DNA of 64,000 bases, taken from an uncultured delta proteobacterium (GTDB lineage: Bacteria; Desulfobacterota; Binatia; Binatales; Binataceae). Shown here one piece after another: positions 28,821 to 38,727 of this stretch; the first letter of the stretch is position 1, and every line of letters begins with the position of its first letter. The DNA is taken from NCBI GenBank assembly GCA_963765675.1, contig CAVXXK010000001.1, forward strand, positions 2,368,001 to 2,432,000, read 5' to 3'. A model generated the notes under the pieces. The model was given only the letters and a program-made list of their open reading frames with translations. It did not search any database and was not told the DNA's origin. The position numbers were made by a program, and so were the translations under genes.

Positions 28821-30488
28821 TCACGACTGATAGACCGCGCGTCCCTCGAAGAACGTGGTGATCACCTTGGTGTCGGCGATGTCGGTCGGCGCAATCTCGA
28901 ACAGGTTTCGATCGAGCACGATCAGGTCAGCAGATTTCCCGACCTCGATCGAGCCGGTCACGCTACCGAGGCCCATCGCGCGAGCGGGATTGACGGTGTA
29001 GGCCGCGATCGCGGTCGACAGATCGAGCGCCTGCTCGGGCCACAACGCTCCGTCGAACTGCCCGTTTGGATCACGGCGGGTGATCAATCCTTCGAGACCC
29101 GACCACGGATCGGGATTGGGAATAACCGGCCAGTCGGTGCCGGTCGCGATCAAAACGCCGGCCTCGAGCAGATTGCGATTCGGCCAATATTGACGTACGC
29201 GCTCGCCGACGGCCTGCTCGATACCGTCGATAATTTGATTGGGGTACCAGAGAATCGGCGAAAGATCCGCAATGACATTCAAGTCTTTGAATCGCCGAAT
29301 ATCGGAGGGATCGACGAAGCCGGCGTGCGCTATCTGATGCACGAGCGGCGTCGCGCCCTTGAACGAGCGCACGACGTCGATCGCATCCAGCGCAGTCCGC
29401 ACGGCAGCGTCGCCGGCGCAATGAATTTTGACGCAAAGGCCGCGATCTTCCTGTTTCGCGATCAGGCGGGCCAGCTCCGGAACAGTCTTGATGGTCGTTC
29501 CGCGAAAGCAGCATCCGTGCGCTTTGTCGGGAAGATACGGCTCGATGAATGCGGAAGTTCGCGACATCGGCACGCCGTCGAGAAAGATTTTCACGAAGCT
29601 CGGCGTCACGTGCGCGCTCAAGAATTTTGCGCGTTGATCAATTAGCTCGTCGCCGACGAAATGGCCCAGAAATCCCGCCGGCTCCGCCATCATCGAGCCC
29701 ACCACCCAGGCCGAGAGTTTTCCCTGCGCATCGAGATGGTTGTACGCGGACAGAACCCCGCCGCTGACGGCGGCATCCTGCAGGCCCGTCACGCCGAATG
29801 AATTCAAAATTTCGATCGCGCGCGCGAGCGCGGCGACGTTGGTCTCGAGCGAATAAGGATTGGCGACTTCCGCGGCGTGCTCGACCGCGGCGACCGCCGA
29901 CTCGAACAGCATCCCGACGGGAGCGCGCGTCGCTTCGTCGCGCACGATTATCCCGCCCTCAGGATCGGGCGTGCTCGAATCGATACCCGCGAGTTCGAGT
30001 GCGCGCGAATTGACCCACCGGTTGTGCACGCTGTCATCGCGCAGCAAAACCGGATGGCCTTCGCTCGCCTCGTCGAGCGCGCGCAGCGCTTCGAGGGTCG
30101 AGAGCTTGTCGGTGAAATTGCTGCCCCACGAACCTCCGACGATCCAGGCGCCGGGCTTGGCCTTGCGCGCGTCGGCGCGAACCGCGGCGAGAACCTCTTC
30201 GACCGAGAGCGTCGGCAGAAAATGGCATTCGTAGAGATCCGCGCGGCCGCCGAGCAGCGGATGCACGTGCACGTCGTTGATTCCGGGCATCGCCATCCGG
30301 CGCTTGAGATCGACGACGTCGGTGCCGGATCCGATAAGCGCTTTGACATCGGAATCGGCGCCGACGAAGACAATCTTGCCATCGCGAATCGCGATTGCTT
30401 CAGCCCACGGCTTCGAAGTGTCAGTGGTATATATCCGGCCGTTCAGCAGCACTCGATCGGCCGAATTATTTTTCGTCATTGCAGCCAT
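28821..30488 (-). CDS. Amidohydrolase family 3 (YtcJ-like)
   Basis: PGINDVHVH, KIFLDG, IHCAGD, GTDWP, GKSADLIVLD. Confidence 0.92.
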   Translation of the reverse strand: MAAMTKNNSADRVLLNGRIYTTDTSKPWAEAIAIRDGKIVFVGADSDVKALIGSGTDVVDLKRRMAMPGINDVHVHPLLGGRADLYECHFLPTLSVEEVLAAVRADARKAKPGAWIVGGSWGSNFTDKLSTLEALRALDEASEGHPVLLRDDSVHNRWVNSRALELAGIDSSTPDPEGGIIVRDEATRAPVGMLFESAVAAVEHAAEVANPYSLETNVAALARAIEILNSFGVTGLQDAAVSGGVLSAYNHLDAQGKLSAWVVGSMMAEPAGFLGHFVGDELIDQRAKFLSAHVTPSFVKIFLDGVPMSRTSAFIEPYLPDKAHGCCFRGTTIKTVPELARLIAKQEDRGLCVKIHCAGDAAVRTALDAIDVVRSFKGATPLVHQIAHAGFVDPSDIRRFKDLNVIADLSPILWYPNQIIDGIEQAVGERVRQYWPNRNLLEAGVLIATGTDWPVIPNPDPWSGLEGLITRRDPNGQFDGALWPEQALDLSTAIAAYTVNPARAMGLGSVTGSIEVGKSADLIVLDRNLFEIAPTDIADTKVITTFFEGRAVYQS

Positions 30489-30498
30489 GCTCGGATCT

Positions 30499-32412
30499 CT
30501 AGTCGCAACATTTGTGATGAGGCTGCGACGGAGCCACATCCATCGCAGGATTCTGGTCGAAGAAACCCGAGGGCTTCAGCATAAAGCCGGCATACGCGAC
30601 CGGCATCACCGGCCAATCCTCGGGCCGCGGAATATGGTGCACGCCGAATGAGTACCACGCGACCAGATCGGTGTTCTCGAGCGGACGGTCGCGTTTGATC
30701 CACTGATCGAGCCCGTCAGGCGCGGCGTTCTGATTGATATAATCGCCCGACGCGTACCGCTGTGCGGAATCGTAGCCGGTAATCCAGAGATTGTGGCGGA
30801 TGAATCCTGCGCGCCTCAGTATCGATGCGCCCTCGCGCGCGAAGGGGAGAGCCACGTCGGCTCCCGGCACGATTTTGTAGCCGGTAGGCTGGCCAACAGC
30901 GTTGCGGCGCGATGGATTCACGACTAGCCAGGCGCGTCCCGTCGATGGGTTCGCGTCGCGGGCGGCTTCAGACTGATTTTTTATGAGCGTGTACTGCGGC
31001 CGGTAGGAGCCGTTGTGCGGATTGGCCGGCCCGGGAGGATCGGCGACGGTGTCGACCTCATAAACCGAATTGCCCGGCCCGTCGATATCCAGATCGAGTC
31101 TGAAGTTGAAGTAATGTTGATGAATCGGCGCGTAGAGCTGCGGAGCGACCAGCGCGCCGTGAGTCGGTTGCTTGCCGGCAGGAAAAGCCCCGACCGAGAG
31201 GCATCCGGTCAGCTTAACTTCGAGCTGTATTTCGCCGCTTTGATACAGGTACCAGAAAAATCCGTAGTCATAATTCCCGACGGTCGCGAAAAAAGAGATC
31301 ACCAGGCGGCGCGAGCGCCGCACCTCGCTGCGATTGGTGCGCCAGTCGGTATGCTTCCATAGCGTGCCGTAATCTTCCTCATGCATGCAGACGGCGTTCT
31401 CGATCGTTTCCGGGTCGCCCGCCATGTTGACCATGTGCGCGTCGAAATAGTGAATCGTGCCGACGCAATCGCATCCGAGCGTGAGGCTGTTGGCCATCCG
31501 GCCGATGCCGTATTCGCCCACGTCGAACGCATTCTTTCGATTGTGCGTTTTGGTGGGATCGCCGTACGGCACCTGCATCTCGGATAGCGATGCCCGGTAC
31601 AGAATCGGACGAACGCGGCCCTGATCCTCGTAGGCGACTTGATGAAGTACGAGTCCCTCTCGCGAGGTGAAACCGACGCGGAAGCGCCATTTCTGCCAGC
31701 GGACCTCGTAGCCGTCGACAGTAAAGCTCGGCCCCTCGGGCTGTACGATCTCGAGCGGTTTCAAATCCTGCCGCAAAGGACCGAGATGCTCGGCGGCGTA
31801 GATGCCGGTCAAAGGAGGGAGCGGCACCTGCACATCGTCGATAACCTCCACCACCTCCATCTTTTCGAGATCGACGAAAGTGATCAGTCCCTCGACCGGG
31901 CGGCCATAGCCGACGTCCGCATCGCTCCCGCGGATAAACGTCAGGCCCTGTGCGAGGCGGCGGTCGGGGAACCGTTCGTCGCCGTAGGCACCTGCCGACC
32001 AGGGATCGACGATCGCCTTGTCGAATTCGGTGATACCTCGGCGGGCGAGCGCGGCGCGCCATCGAGGATCGGCTTTGGCCGCGTTTTCGCACTGGATGAA
32101 TTCTTCGATGATGATGCCCGGCTGGACGCCGCGAAGCTCCTCGCATGAGAGCAGGGTTTCGTCGCGCAGGCTGACGATCGCTTCCAGCACGCGGCGGTCG
32201 GCCAGATCAAGCACGATCACGAATGCGCGCCGATCCAGAGCATTGCCGGTGCTGATACTTTCGAGCTCGTCCTTTTCGGGTTCGTGCAGGTTGACCGACA
32301 CGAATCGGAAGCGGTCACTGGCGGGTCCATGCGCCCGCATTATGCGGACGGCCGCGGCGACTTCCGCGGCGCTCAACGGGTCGAGCGGATGACGCGAAGA
32401 TTCTTTCACCAC
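30499..32412 (-). CDS. tynA: Copper-containing primary amine oxidase
   Basis: HPLDPL, FDVGEYG, TPQ site TVGNYDY, Cu ligands HQH and HHIPRPEDWPVMP. Confidence 0.95.
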   Translation of the reverse strand: MVKESSRHPLDPLSAAEVAAAVRIMRAHGPASDRFRFVSVNLHEPEKDELESISTGNALDRRAFVIVLDLADRRVLEAIVSLRDETLLSCEELRGVQPGIIIEEFIQCENAAKADPRWRAALARRGITEFDKAIVDPWSAGAYGDERFPDRRLAQGLTFIRGSDADVGYGRPVEGLITFVDLEKMEVVEVIDDVQVPLPPLTGIYAAEHLGPLRQDLKPLEIVQPEGPSFTVDGYEVRWQKWRFRVGFTSREGLVLHQVAYEDQGRVRPILYRASLSEMQVPYGDPTKTHNRKNAFDVGEYGIGRMANSLTLGCDCVGTIHYFDAHMVNMAGDPETIENAVCMHEEDYGTLWKHTDWRTNRSEVRRSRRLVISFFATVGNYDYGFFWYLYQSGEIQLEVKLTGCLSVGAFPAGKQPTHGALVAPQLYAPIHQHYFNFRLDLDIDGPGNSVYEVDTVADPPGPANPHNGSYRPQYTLIKNQSEAARDANPSTGRAWLVVNPSRRNAVGQPTGYKIVPGADVALPFAREGASILRRAGFIRHNLWITGYDSAQRYASGDYINQNAAPDGLDQWIKRDRPLENTDLVAWYSFGVHHIPRPEDWPVMPVAYAGFMLKPSGFFDQNPAMDVAPSQPHHKCCD

Positions 32413-32473
32413 GGCACCTCATGGTTGCGGGTTAGGCCGGTCAGCCCAGCAACCTGAAATATGCGGTCTGCTT

Positions 32474-34018
32474 TTAGAGCGAACCCAAAATCTGGTCGGA
32501 GACGCCATTCCATGCTTTGCGCTCGCCCTCGAACGGCGCGTCCGCCGATTTTGTCGTCTCACCGAAAACCATCGTCGTGCGGCGCTTCTCGTCGTACTCG
32601 CGCCAATCGCCCAGGCGTTCGCAGGTCGGGTTGCCGGTGCGTGCGAAAGCGATCCAGGCGTCCTGCATCTCGGTTGCGAGCTTCTCGGCCGCGGGGCCGC
32701 TGCCGGCAAACGGTCCCATGCCGGGAAGGTGATTGGTGCCGAACACGAATCCCAGCTCGAGCGCATGGCACGAACCGAGCATCCCGCCTACCGCGGGCGA
32801 CTTCCAGGTGAACAGATAGTTGAAGACGCGCCCTTTGCGATGAGCGTGCGTTTCAGCGAGCCGCAACGCGGGCATCCGGAAGACGCGATCGGTTTCGATT
32901 GCGGAGAATAGCTCTTGCGGCGTCGTCGCATCGCCGCGATCGGAGCGCGCGCGAGTGTAGTTCTCGATAAGGCCGGCCGCGGTCTCCGCGCCGAAGCGTT
33001 TGCCGAATCGAGCCGCGAGTCCGGCGCGGTCGAGCTTGGGCAGGCCGGGATCCATCGCGGCGAAGAGCTTCCATTCCTCGAGGGTCGAGCCGGCCATGAT
33101 TGCGACGCTATCGGCGGAGCCGCCGGCGACTATCTCGATCGAGACTTTCGGGACCTGCGAGCCGTCGATCACCGGCTGATAGGCCATCCCGAGCTCCGGG
33201 TCGGGGGTTATGCCGTCGGGCATCAGCGCGCCCTTGAGCAACTGCGCGGGAGTCAGCGCGCGAATCGCGGCGGCGTCAGACGGCGAGGCGCCGAGCCGCG
33301 CGATGATGCGCTCGGCCTTGAGGGTGGCGCGTTCCGCGGTCGCTCCTGTATGGCATGCGCCGCTTTGCGGAATCGCCTTGTGGAACAGGCCGCGCGCCTG
33401 CGGCATCGCGAGCAGAGTGCCGACGCTCATGCCGCCGGCCGACTCGCCGAAGATCGTGACGTTGGCAGGATCGCCGCCGAACTCGGCGATATTGTCGCGG
33501 ACCCATTCGAGCGCCGCGATCTGATCGAGCATTCCTTCATTTCCGGTCGCGGGAATTTTTCCGCCGGTCAGATCGGAGAGCCGAAGAAAGCCCAGCGGCC
33601 CGAGCCGGTAGTTGACCGTCACCACGACCACGTCGCCGCGGCGTGCGAGCGTCGAGCCGTCATAGAGCGGCTGCGAGCCGGAGCCGATCGCGAAGGCGCC
33701 GCCGTGTATCCAGACCATCACGGGCCGCCGTGCGGTGTCGCATCGCGGCGTCCATACATTCAGATAGAGGCAATCCTCGGTCTGTTCGCCGTCCACGACC
33801 ATCGCGGCCAGCGCGCCGTTCGCCATGCTGTTCTGCGGAGCGACGCCGCCGAATTTGCGTGCATCGCGAGTTCCCTGCCATCGCGCGGGCTTTTCCGGCG
33901 CGGTCCAGCGGCGGGCGCCGACGGGAGGGGCCGCGAAGGGAATTCCCTTGAACACGGACAAGTCGGAAGTGGATTCGCCTTCGAGTTTTCCGTAAGTGGT
34001 CGAAACGGTCGCGCTCAT
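32474..34018 (-). CDS. Type B carboxylesterase
   Basis: FKGIPFAAPP, EDCLYLNVW, HGGAF, FGESAGG, CHALEL; SD GGAG before ATG 34018. Confidence 0.93.
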   Translation of the reverse strand: MSATVSTTYGKLEGESTSDLSVFKGIPFAAPPVGARRWTAPEKPARWQGTRDARKFGGVAPQNSMANGALAAMVVDGEQTEDCLYLNVWTPRCDTARRPVMVWIHGGAFAIGSGSQPLYDGSTLARRGDVVVVTVNYRLGPLGFLRLSDLTGGKIPATGNEGMLDQIAALEWVRDNIAEFGGDPANVTIFGESAGGMSVGTLLAMPQARGLFHKAIPQSGACHTGATAERATLKAERIIARLGASPSDAAAIRALTPAQLLKGALMPDGITPDPELGMAYQPVIDGSQVPKVSIEIVAGGSADSVAIMAGSTLEEWKLFAAMDPGLPKLDRAGLAARFGKRFGAETAAGLIENYTRARSDRGDATTPQELFSAIETDRVFRMPALRLAETHAHRKGRVFNYLFTWKSPAVGGMLGSCHALELGFVFGTNHLPGMGPFAGSGPAAEKLATEMQDAWIAFARTGNPTCERLGDWREYDEKRRTTMVFGETTKSADAPFEGERKAWNGVSDQILGSL

Positions 34019-34163
34019 ATGAATTCTCCCATACGAGAAATTGTGCTGATCGTCGGCGATTCTTGCAGAATCAGACGGTTTGCCACAAACGGCGCGGCTG
34101 ACGCTCTGTCGGTGGCGCGAAAACGTTTTGCGTGACGCGCGGGATTTCGCGTAGCCTTCGGCC

Positions 34164-35582
34164 ATGGACCCGAAAGCGGCGGCGGCATTCTTCGCGAAGC
34201 TGTGGGATGAATCCGCGATTCCCGAGCTTCAGGAATACATCAGGATTCCAAACAAGTCGGTGGCGTTCGATCCCGAATGGAAAGCGCACGGTCACATGGA
34301 TCGCGTCGTCGAGCGGTTTCGCAAATGGGCGCTCGGGCGCGAGATCGCGGGGATGCGCCTCGAGGTCGTGCGCCTTGGCGATCGCACTCCGGTTCTGTTC
34401 ATGGAGATTCCCGGCGATTCGGACGACACGGTTTTGCTCTACGGACACATGGACAAGCAGCCCGAGATGGCCGGATGGCGCGCGGGGCTGGACCCGTGGA
34501 CGCCGGTGATCGAGAACGATCGGCTGTATGGACGCGGGGCCGCCGACGACGGCTACGCGATGTTCGCGTGCCTGGGCGCGATCGGCGCGCTCAAGGCGCA
34601 GAAGATTCCGCACGCGCGGATGATCGTGATTATCGAGGCGTGCGAGGAGAGCGGCAGCTTCGATCTGCCGCACTATATCGAGCATCTCGCGCCGCGAATC
34701 GGGCAGCCGAGCCTCGTCGTCGCGCTGGATTCCGGATGCGGCAATTACGAGCAGCTATGGTGCACGACTTCGCTGCGCGGGCTCATCGGCGGGACGCTGA
34801 AGGTCGAGGTTCTGACCGAAGGGATGCATTCGGGTGACGCGGGCGGCGTGGTGCCATGCAGTTTCAGAATCGCGCGGACGATTCTCAGCCGGCTCGAGGA
34901 TGAAAAGACGGGCGCGATTTTGCCGGCGGTGTTTCACGGCGAGATTCCCGCCGCGCGAGTCGAGCAGGCGCGCGCCGCGGCGCCAATCCTGGGCGATAGC
35001 CTGCGCAATAAATTTCCGTTCGCGGGAAAAACCCAGGCGCAGAGCAATGACGCGACCGAGTTGATTCTCAATCGCACCTGGCGTCCGGCCTTGTCGATTA
35101 TCGGCGCCGACGGATTTCCGTCGGTCGCCAACGCGGGCAACGTGCTGCGCCCCTCGACCTCGCTCGAAGTGTCGCTGCGGCTGCCGCCAACCTGCGACGC
35201 GCAGGCGGCGCAGCGCGCGCTCAAGCATCTGATGGAAGACGATCCGCCGTACGGCGCGAGTGTCAGCTTCGATTCGAACTGGGCTGCCACAGGATGGAAC
35301 GCGCCGACGCTCGCGCCGTGGCTGGAGAAATCGCTCGACGCGGCGTCGCGCGCGCACTTCGGCAAGCCGGCAGCGTACATGGGCGAGGGCGGAACGATTC
35401 CGTTCATGGCGATGTTGGGGGAGCGGTTTCCCGCCGCGCAATTCCTCATCACCGGCGTGCTGGGACCGGGCGCGAACGCGCACGGCCCCAACGAGTTCCT
35501 GCACATCCCGACGGCCAAACGCCTGAGCGCCGCGGTCGCGCAGGTGCTCGCGGATCATTTCACTCGCGCGGAGAAGAAGTGA
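34164..35582 (+). CDS. M20/M25/M40 family metallopeptidase
   Basis: YGHMDKQP, GRGAADDG, EESGS, AHGPNE. Confidence 0.92.
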   Translation: MDPKAAAAFFAKLWDESAIPELQEYIRIPNKSVAFDPEWKAHGHMDRVVERFRKWALGREIAGMRLEVVRLGDRTPVLFMEIPGDSDDTVLLYGHMDKQPEMAGWRAGLDPWTPVIENDRLYGRGAADDGYAMFACLGAIGALKAQKIPHARMIVIIEACEESGSFDLPHYIEHLAPRIGQPSLVVALDSGCGNYEQLWCTTSLRGLIGGTLKVEVLTEGMHSGDAGGVVPCSFRIARTILSRLEDEKTGAILPAVFHGEIPAARVEQARAAAPILGDSLRNKFPFAGKTQAQSNDATELILNRTWRPALSIIGADGFPSVANAGNVLRPSTSLEVSLRLPPTCDAQAAQRALKHLMEDDPPYGASVSFDSNWAATGWNAPTLAPWLEKSLDAASRAHFGKPAAYMGEGGTIPFMAMLGERFPAAQFLITGVLGPGANAHGPNEFLHIPTAKRLSAAVAQVLADHFTRAEKK

Positions 35583-35606
35583 CGATACGGGAACATCGTC
35601 GCTGCA

Positions 35607-35645
35607 CCCCCTCCTTAATCCTCCCCCGCGAATAGCGGGGGAGGA
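35607..35645. repeat. Family A-like hairpin between convergent genes
   Basis: CCCCCTCC-TTAA-TCCTCCCCCGC-GAATA-GCGGGGGAGGA. Confidence 0.55.
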
Positions 35646-35667
35646 ATCAATCCCGCAAGAAAGGCGA

Positions 35668-37110
35668 TCAGGCGAGCAGTGCGGGTACTCGCTTGCGCAC
35701 CCAACCTGTCGCTTGATCGTAGGCGTGCGCGAGTTGCAGGCAGGCGAACTCCGAATGATTCGGCGCGACTATCTGGATGCCCATTGGCAGGCCGGTGCTG
35801 CTGAAACCGGCCGGTACGCTCAGCGCGGGGCAGCCGGACATCGTGACCGGGATCATGACCTCCATCCATCGATGATAGGTGTCCATCGCTTTGCCGCCGA
35901 CGGTCTTGGGCCAGTGGAGCGTCGCGTCGAACGGAAAAACCTGCGCGGACGGAAGTATGAAGAAATCATACTTCTCGAATAGTGCGCGCATCGCGTGATA
36001 CCACGCGCTCCGCACTGCGGATGCGTCGGCGACGTCGTAGGCGCTGATCTTGAAGCCGCGCTCGATTTCCCATTGAACCTCGGGTTTCATCAGCGCGCGC
36101 CGCGCCGGATCCGAGTAGTAAGTTTTGAGCAGACCGCCTACTTGCCACGCGCGCAGCACGAGCCAGCTTTCCCACACGCGCTCGATTGGATAATCGGGAA
36201 TCGCTTCTTCGACGACGCATCCAATTGATTCAAAAGCGCTGAGCGCGCCGCGGCACAGGTCGAGCACGCCGGGCTCGAAGGGCAGGTATCCGCCGAAGTC
36301 GCCGCCCCAGGCGATTCGCGCGCCTTTGAAATCTCGCGCGAGGGAATCGGCGAAGCGCGCGGAGTCCTCGCGGATCGAGAGCGGGACGCGCGCGTCGTGC
36401 CCAGCGATTACGGCCAGCAGCATCGCGAGGTCCGGCACCGTGCGCGCCATCGGTCCATGCACCGAGAGCGCGGGCATGAAGACCTCGCGAACGTCGGAGG
36501 GGACGCGGCCGAACGCGGTGCGAAATCCGAACACGTTGTTGAACGCGGCGGGATTTCTGAGCGAGCCCGCGTGATCGCTGCCGTCGGCGACCGGCAGCAT
36601 CCGCAGTGCGAGCGCGACGGCGGCGCCGCCGCTGCTTCCACCGGCGGTCTTCGATTGATCGTAGGCGTTGAGCGTGGTGCCGAAAACCGGATTATAGGAA
36701 TGCGAGCCGAGACCGAATTCCGGGACGTTGGTTTTGCCGATGATGACCGCGCCGGCGCTCTTTATCCGCTCGGCCAGGATCGAATCGGCGCGTGGGATAA
36801 AGTCCTTGAGGATCGGCGAGCCCATCGTGGTGCGGATCCCCGCCGTGAGCTCGAGGTCTTTGATAGCGTGCGGAAACCCGTGCATCGGGCCGGCGTACTC
36901 GCCGCGAGAAAGCTCAGCGTCGCGGCGGCGCGCGTCCTCGATCAGCTCGGCGCGAGGGCGAATCGAGACGATTGCGTTGACGGCGGGATTGATCGCGTCG
37001 ATATGATCGAGATACGCCGTCATCACCTCGGCGCATGAGATTTGCCGCGACTTGATCGCGCTCGAGAGCGCGGCCGCGTCCATCATCACGATTTCCGATC
37101 GAGGTTTCAT
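35668..37110 (-). CDS. Amidase signature family protein
   Basis: AIKD, GGSSGG, GSDHAGSLRNP. Confidence 0.92.
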   Translation of the reverse strand: MKPRSEIVMMDAAALSSAIKSRQISCAEVMTAYLDHIDAINPAVNAIVSIRPRAELIEDARRRDAELSRGEYAGPMHGFPHAIKDLELTAGIRTTMGSPILKDFIPRADSILAERIKSAGAVIIGKTNVPEFGLGSHSYNPVFGTTLNAYDQSKTAGGSSGGAAVALALRMLPVADGSDHAGSLRNPAAFNNVFGFRTAFGRVPSDVREVFMPALSVHGPMARTVPDLAMLLAVIAGHDARVPLSIREDSARFADSLARDFKGARIAWGGDFGGYLPFEPGVLDLCRGALSAFESIGCVVEEAIPDYPIERVWESWLVLRAWQVGGLLKTYYSDPARRALMKPEVQWEIERGFKISAYDVADASAVRSAWYHAMRALFEKYDFFILPSAQVFPFDATLHWPKTVGGKAMDTYHRWMEVMIPVTMSGCPALSVPAGFSSTGLPMGIQIVAPNHSEFACLQLAHAYDQATGWVRKRVPALLA

Positions 37111-37240
37111 AGAGACGCAATTATGCATCGCGCAGGCGCGTCGGTACTACTTGCGCGAAAGCCTTGCGCCATTGTAGTTGACGAAGAGGCGCCGTCGCGG
37201 GCGCGGTTGACAATCAAGCGCTATCAAGAGGTGAAACTGA

Positions 37241-38647
37241 ATGTCCGATTACACCATGACAATCGACGGCAAGTCGGTTAAGGGATCGAAGTCCGTCGGC
37301 GTGATCAATCCCGCCACTGGAAAAGTCTTCGCCCAGGTTCCCGATTGCACCAAGGCCGAGCTCGATCAGGCGATGGACGCGGCGCAACGCGCCTACCGCA
37401 CCTGGAGCAAGGATATAGATGCGCGGCGCAAGCTGCTGGGCGAGGTGGCGGCCGCGCTGCAGTCTCCGCCCGAGGGGCTCGCGCGCACGCTCACGCAGGA
37501 GCAGGGCAAGCCTCTTGCGAAGGCGCAGGGAGAAATCGCCGGCGCCTCGATCTGGGCGTCGTACACGGCGAGCCTGCAGATTCCTAACGAAGTGATCCAG
37601 GACAACGCGGCCGGCAAGATCGAGATTCGGCGCAAGCCGGTCGGAGTGGTCGCGGCGATCACGCCGTGGAATTATCCGCTGATGCTGGCGATGTGGAAGA
37701 TCGCGCCTGCGCTGCTGGCGGGCAATACGATCGTGCTCAAGCCCTCGCCCTACACGCCGATCACCTCATTGATGCTGGGCGAGATCCTGCGCGACGTGCT
37801 TCCTCCGGGAGTGCTCAACGTGGTGTCGGGCGGCGATGAACTGGGTTCGATGATGACCAGCCATCCGGTGCCGCGCAAACTTTCGTTCACCGGATCGGTC
37901 GAGACTGGCAAGAAGGTGGCAGCCGCCGCCGCTCCCGACCTCAAGCGGTTCACGCTGGAACTTGGCGGCAACGACGCCGCGATCGTGCTCGCGGATGCTG
38001 ATCTGACGGAAGTCGCGCCTAAGATTTTCTGGGGCGCGTTCGAGAACAGCGGACAGATTTGCAGCGCGATCAAGCGAGTGTACGTGCCGGAGGCGATGTA
38101 CTCCTCGATGATCGAGAAGCTCGGCGATCTGGCCAAGAACGTCAAGGTTGGCAACGGCCTCGACGCCGGCACCGAACTCGGCCCGATCAACAACAAGCCG
38201 CAGTTCGAGCGCGTCACCGAGCTGGTCGAAGACGCAAAGAAGCATGGCGCGAAGATCGTCACGGGCGGCTCGCGGCACGGCAAGGAAGGGTATTTCTACG
38301 AGCCGACGATCGTCGGTGGAATCTCGGACGGCGTGCGCCTGGTCGACGAGGAGCAGTTCGGACCCGCGCTGCCGGTCATTCCTTACAAGGACGTGGACGA
38401 CGCGGTGCGCCGTGCGAACTCGACGACGTACGGATTGTCGGGTTCGGTGTGGTCAAGCAATGCGGAACATGGCGCCGAAGTTGCCGGGCAGCTCGAATGC
38501 GGATCCGCGTGGGTGAACCAGCATCTGGCTATTGCCCCGAACCTCCCGTTTGGCGGAGCGAAGTGGTCGGGAATCGGCGTGGAGAATGGGACCTGGGGAC
38601 TTCTCGGCTTCACTGAGATTCAAGTGGTGAACGTCGCGCGAAGCTGA
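37241..38647 (+). CDS. Aldehyde dehydrogenase
   Basis: PWNYP, FTGS, LELGGND, NSGQICSA, EQFGP. Confidence 0.95.
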   Translation: MSDYTMTIDGKSVKGSKSVGVINPATGKVFAQVPDCTKAELDQAMDAAQRAYRTWSKDIDARRKLLGEVAAALQSPPEGLARTLTQEQGKPLAKAQGEIAGASIWASYTASLQIPNEVIQDNAAGKIEIRRKPVGVVAAITPWNYPLMLAMWKIAPALLAGNTIVLKPSPYTPITSLMLGEILRDVLPPGVLNVVSGGDELGSMMTSHPVPRKLSFTGSVETGKKVAAAAAPDLKRFTLELGGNDAAIVLADADLTEVAPKIFWGAFENSGQICSAIKRVYVPEAMYSSMIEKLGDLAKNVKVGNGLDAGTELGPINNKPQFERVTELVEDAKKHGAKIVTGGSRHGKEGYFYEPTIVGGISDGVRLVDEEQFGPALPVIPYKDVDDAVRRANSTTYGLSGSVWSSNAEHGAEVAGQLECGSAWVNQHLAIAPNLPFGGAKWSGIGVENGTWGLLGFTEIQVVNVARS

Positions 38648-38676
38648 GTCTCGCGCGCGGCTTTCGGCATCAACTC

Positions 38677-38711
38677 AACTGGCGCGGCCCCTCAGGGCCG
38701 CGCCAGTTTTT
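38677..38711 (+). terminator. Rho-independent terminator
   Basis: AACTGGCGCGGCCC / GGGCCGCGCCAGTT stem plus T tract. Confidence 0.8.
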
Positions 38712-38727
38712 CATTCATGTGCTTTGT